From NCBI GenBank assembly GCA_964291405.2, contig OZ219926.1, forward strand, positions 4,448,001-4,512,000: DNA of 64,000 nucleotides. The letters run 5' to 3'. Source of the stretch: Thermodesulfobacteriota bacterium. Its GTDB lineage: Bacteria > Desulfobacterota > Binatia > Bin18. A program made the translations under genes and the position numbers. The notes under the pieces are model-generated. The model did no database searches. It saw only the letters and a program-made list of their open reading frames with translations, and was not told the DNA's origin. Below are positions 60,050 through 64,000 of this stretch, piece by piece (the stretch's first letter is position 1; each line of letters begins with the position of its first letter).

Positions 60050-63000
60050 TTACTCCAGCGGCTCCAGGTCACGGAGGGCATTGGGGTCGGGCGCGATCGG
60101 CGTCAGGCTCAGGAACTCCGGGCCGTGTAATGTCACCACCCGCGCCGCATAACTCGGCTGGCCCTCGCTGTCCATACTCTCTCCAAACAGACTGACCGTG
60201 ACCACATCGGCCGCCACCGGAACACCCTCGCGTTCTACGTCCAGTATCGGTACTCCAGAGGCGAGACCCACCGGATCGTAGTCATAGGTCAACCTATTAC
60301 TGCCTACCGTTAGTGGACCATCCTCCAGGACGACGCCCGGCATCAACGCTGTCATATGGCCCTCGGTGAGTGTCAGCCCATTAGACGCTCTAGCCGTGAC
60401 GGTGAAGTCGGCCGGGGCCGTCAAGAAGTCATGCCGAGGTAGGTCCACGGTGAGTGGGGGGCTGTGAGGAGAGACGACGTACACGGAGAAACGCCCTCGG
60501 GCCGTGCCGAGCACGTGGCCTTGGGGAAAAGGTTCCGTGACTTGTCCGGCGGAGGTGCTTCCGTCGTAGGTCACTTGGAGATCGACGATGTAGCGTCCGG
60601 GCTGATCCACGATGAAATTATCCTCCGGTTCGTAGTAGTACCCAATCTCATTCGCCACCCCGCTGAACCGTTGTTGGCTGCCATCTGGCGCGGTAACGGT
60701 ATACGTCACCTGGGCGGGCAGGGTGGGGCCTATTGCCCCAACCAGGGCGAAGGTGTTGCCGGTCTCCAACACACTGCCGGGTCGCACCCCGGTCAGATGC
60801 ATAAACAGGTCAATCTGTTCATCCTTGAGGGTGAACAGAGGGCCACCGCTGGGGCCACCGCCGTTGCCCTGAAACGGTGGAAAGGTGCGCGTCCCATCTG
60901 GATCGTCATTGGGCACCAAGACAAACAGCGAGCCGTAGATGGCGTAGTGCGCTTGGTCGAGCGCGGAGCCGTGCAGGACCGCTGCCCCATACTGAAACTT
61001 GAACTCCCCAGGCAGATCGCCGTTCGCTCCCACCCCGATCTGGTTGGCATAGCGTTCATTAAAACGCCAATATGGGTTCGGAATGACATCTTCGCTAATC
61101 TCTTCCCGAACCCGAACGAGTGGGCGCTGGACCGAACGATAGCTGTAGGCCCAGAGGTCTACCTTGGTGGGGTCGAGATGGGGATCAAGCCCATCGGGAC
61201 GACTGGAGAACAGCGGCGCTTCGCCCACCACCACCCGCTCGGCAAAGCTGCCGGGTCCCACTATAGCTGCTCCCGGTGCTCTTTTCCTCAGTAGCTCGGT
61301 AAGGCGGCGACTCGGATCGTGAAAGCTCAACAACGGAAGGTCAGCGTCCAGAGCTTCGAGCCATTGCACATCGCCCGACTGAAAGGGAAAGTGGACCTTC
61401 CCGGAACCGACCGGGATGCCGATCTGGTCACGGGTGAACCACTGGGGGCCAATCGTCTCCTGACTCTCAATCCCCCGCCGGCCGTGGGCAACAATAGTGG
61501 GATTCATCGGCGCCACGACACCGCCCCAGGTCCGTGAACCCATCCACAGCTGTCCCTTCGTATCCTCGCCCTTTGCCGTAATATCGACCCGGTACTCCCC
61601 AGGCTGATCGAACACGAAGCTGTTGCCCGCCGGTTGGAAGTACCCAAAGCGGTTCGTCCGGCCCCGGATCACCCGCTCCTCAAGCTGACTGACATCCGAG
61701 TGGGGGATGTGCTGGAGCCGCACCTCGACCTCGGCGGTCATCGGTGGGGAGACGACCAGCCCCGGATTGAACCCATCACCCACCTCAAAGTGGGTGCCAG
61801 GCAGTACAGCGGTATCCAGAGCCAGGACCCGACCGACATGGACTTCGTAGGTGCCGCCTCCGGTCCAGGTGTGGCCCCAGATATCGTCAATCGTGCCCTC
61901 GACGGTAATGACGTGGAGTCCATCTTGCGCAAACGTGACCTCAAAGCGGGGGTCTAGGGTGGTGAGTTGATAGGCATTGGTAATATGGCCTCCACCGTCA
62001 TCTATAGGAAAGCCATCTTCCTTCACGAGGCTCTTCAGACGGGACTGGACAAAGGGAGTGGGGCCCAGGAAGGTTTCACGCCCATCGGGACGGCGAATCG
62101 TGACGGTGAGACTGCCGGAGGGAAAGCGGAAGGGAATGGTGGGTGGACCTGGGAGATCCCCCTTACCAATACTTACGGTCGGGGCAAACGGTTCGAGACG
62201 ATAGGTCAGCGGGTGTCCCGAGGCTGCATCCAGGCGCGGGATCACAAAGGTTTCTGATGTGGTGAGAATCCGTTGGGCTATCCCAAAGTGGTCGATGTCT
62301 TCTTCTGTCAGGATTCCACGCGACCCGTTGCTGAGGGTGTCCAGGAAGAGCGCCCAATACAGACGGGGCGAGGCTGGACTTCCGACCCGGATAATCGGCA
62401 GACGGACGGCGGATGGTTCATGCCGGCCCGACTCTGAGTGAATAAATAAACGGCTGGAAGGACTCTCCTGTGGCATATCTGGAAAGTGGAAGGCAAGAAT
62501 CGGCTGATAATACCCCGCGGGTAAATCGGGCGGTAGAGGCAGCGTCAGGTCTACCCTCGCTTCGGCCTGGTCGGAAGCCGTTTTGACTAAAGGCACTGCT
62601 TGGTATTGGCTGAAGCCGTTATTCCAAAAGGGTTCCCGTTCAAGCGGCAGATTGGTAGGAGTGAGGAAGGTGGAAGCAAAGATGCTCCTGCGGAGTATGC
62701 TCGACCCCTCGGGATCCGAGAGTCGGTCAAGCCGGAGGTCTGTCTGGACCTGGAGTGCATCAACCCCCTGTAGGGCTGGGGAATCCACCCGGACCGTGCC
62801 GTTGACTCGTAGAGGAGCGCCCGGGGCGAGAGTCTGGGTCGTAATAGAGCCGTGGAATGTCCAGGCGGGGGGGGCTTCAGAATGGGTCCGCCCTGCACTG
62901 CCAATTGGAATACCAGTGCTCGAGGGGTCCGTAACTCGCAGAATCGTACCAGGGAAACCAGTTAGTGCCGTATTCTGTTCTTCCTGATCTTCGGTAGGAA

Positions 63001-64000
63001 AAAACGCTGCCACGTTAGGACCGAACGGGTCGGCTTTGATGAGGATGGAGGTGCCCGCTGGAGCAAACAGGGTGGCTGTGAAACTTCCACTAGCCGTAGC
63101 CTGGACGGCAGTAAAATGGCCAGTATTCAGGGTAACGGCGACCACTGTACTATGGGGAGCAACCGAGCCCGCCGACCCGGTCAGCTTCACTTCACCGTCC
63201 GCCGTAGGCACGGAGATGCTGATGAGAGCAGCCTTAGGCGGATCATCGGGCACAAATGGCATGGGCTGCCGACTCACTGTCAAAATGAGATCTGTCACTC
63301 CCGCTCCGCTGACCTCCAAGCGACGTCGAGTCGGGTGGAGGGGGAGGATCGGGTGGATCGTGATCACATACATCGCCGGGGCGACTCGGATCTGAAAGCC
63401 ACCTGCAAGCTCGGTATTCGTACAGAAACCTTCCCACCACTGCTCGGCAGGCAGGTGGACACAGAGCTGTGCGTCTGGTACGGGCTGTTCCGCGTCGTCC
63501 ACGACCTTGCCTTCCAGCAGTACGCCGGACTCCAAAGTGATGTTGAGGATGGTATCCTGAGTGACCTCTACTCCCTCCAGCCTCGGATTCAGGAAGGCGT
63601 CGTGATGCACTTCAATCCGGTAGGTCCCCACAGGCAGCCCTAAGCTGTAGTGGCCGGACGTGTCCACATTGCGGGAACTGAACTGCTCCCCAGCGTCGCT
63701 ATGGACAGCCAGCCAGACCCCGGTCGGCGGCTGCCCGTTGGCGGTCGTCACCCGCCCGGATAGCGTCACGCCTTGCTCCAGGACAATATCACGGGTGGTA
63801 TGCGTCGAGAGCGTCAGGTCAATCCTTTGTCGAATGAGCGAGCCGTGTGGAGGCAGAATCTCAAACTGGTAGGTTCCTGGCGCCGCCGTGAGGCGATAGG
63901 TGCCATTACCGTCCGTCTCCTGCCCGTTAACCCAGACCCAGCCCGGTAGACGGAACAACTCAACGGACGCGCCACGTACGGGCTGGCCGGCGGCGTTTGT
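60050..64000 (-). CDS. Giant hypothetical protein, paralog A (at least three carboxypeptidase-regulatory-like repeats + same core); 5' end outside window
   Basis: Frame open to the window edge; repeats SGRVT..NGQP...D..G.Y.L....GTY. Confidence 0.88.
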   Translation of the reverse strand, partial: TNAAGQPVRGASVELFRLPGWVWVNGQETDGNGTYRLTAAPGTYQFEILPPHGSLIRQRIDLTLSTHTTRDIVLEQGVTLSGRVTTANGQPPTGVWLAVHSDAGEQFSSRNVDTSGHYSLGLPVGTYRIEVHHDAFLNPRLEGVEVTQDTILNITLESGVLLEGKVVDDAEQPVPDAQLCVHLPAEQWWEGFCTNTELAGGFQIRVAPAMYVITIHPILPLHPTRRRLEVSGAGVTDLILTVSRQPMPFVPDDPPKAALISISVPTADGEVKLTGSAGSVAPHSTVVAVTLNTGHFTAVQATASGSFTATLFAPAGTSILIKADPFGPNVAAFFPTEDQEEQNTALTGFPGTILRVTDPSSTGIPIGSAGRTHSEAPPAWTFHGSITTQTLAPGAPLRVNGTVRVDSPALQGVDALQVQTDLRLDRLSDPEGSSILRRSIFASTFLTPTNLPLEREPFWNNGFSQYQAVPLVKTASDQAEARVDLTLPLPPDLPAGYYQPILAFHFPDMPQESPSSRLFIHSESGRHEPSAVRLPIIRVGSPASPRLYWALFLDTLSNGSRGILTEEDIDHFGIAQRILTTSETFVIPRLDAASGHPLTYRLEPFAPTVSIGKGDLPGPPTIPFRFPSGSLTVTIRRPDGRETFLGPTPFVQSRLKSLVKEDGFPIDDGGGHITNAYQLTTLDPRFEVTFAQDGLHVITVEGTIDDIWGHTWTGGGTYEVHVGRVLALDTAVLPGTHFEVGDGFNPGLVVSPPMTAEVEVRLQHIPHSDVSQLEERVIRGRTNRFGYFQPAGNSFVFDQPGEYRVDITAKGEDTKGQLWMGSRTWGGVVAPMNPTIVAHGRRGIESQETIGPQWFTRDQIGIPVGSGKVHFPFQSGDVQWLEALDADLPLLSFHDPSRRLTELLRKRAPGAAIVGPGSFAERVVVGEAPLFSSRPDGLDPHLDPTKVDLWAYSYRSVQRPLVRVREEISEDVIPNPYWRFNERYANQIGVGANGDLPGEFKFQYGAAVLHGSALDQAHYAIYGSLFVLVPNDDPDGTRTFPPFQGNGGGPSGGPLFTLKDEQIDLFMHLTGVRPGSVLETGNTFALVGAIGPTLPAQVTYTVTAPDGSQQRFSGVANEIGYYYEPEDNFIVDQPGRYIVDLQVTYDGSTSAGQVTEPFPQGHVLGTARGRFSVYVVSPHSPPLTVDLPRHDFLTAPADFTVTARASNGLTLTEGHMTALMPGVVLEDGPLTVGSNRLTYDYDPVGLASGVPILDVEREGVPVAADVVTVSLFGESMDSEGQPSYAARVVTLHGPEFLSLTPIAPDPNALRDLEPLE

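Overview
GC-rich (~60%) bacterial chromosomal window. The many LLM/PPOX (F420-type) oxidoreductases, SDRs and fatty-acid enzymes, the delta-proteobacterial-style housekeeping genes and the TA-rich accessory DNA suggest a Binatia-like (Desulfobacterota_B) genome, possibly host- or sponge-associated (inference only). Core content: redox/lipid enzymes, RNase II, TPP riboswitch-thiC, tRNA-Val(CAC), maf-yggS-proC-yggT, der, queG, erpA, folP, a stand-alone nuoI, moeB-moaD-like pair, transketolase and trmB. Four accessory blocks stand out. (1) ~9.7-15.3 kb: a decaying island with an ArsR-rhodanese regulator, an internally deleted FadL-like porin, a His-rich TPR protein, a resolvase remnant, an orphan beta-barrel and a truncated vapBC. 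(2) 32.6-39.5 kb: a defence/TA hotspot anchored on a duplicated 3' end of a PPOX gene. It holds a Dam-like/NotI-like RM pair nested inside the relics of an MmeI-like gene, an NDT-domain protein, an ART-like protein and three TA loci. (3) 41.4-44.0 kb: three tandem secreted paralogs with a constant N-domain and variable Cys-rich C-modules. (4) 54.5-64 kb: an operon of two giant secreted paralogs plus a YVTN-propeller/di-heme MauG-like protein, all three ending in the same D-L-E-x-L-E C-terminal motif. Block 4 is the best candidate for an undescribed system. All product calls come from motif recognition by eye; no database searches were run.
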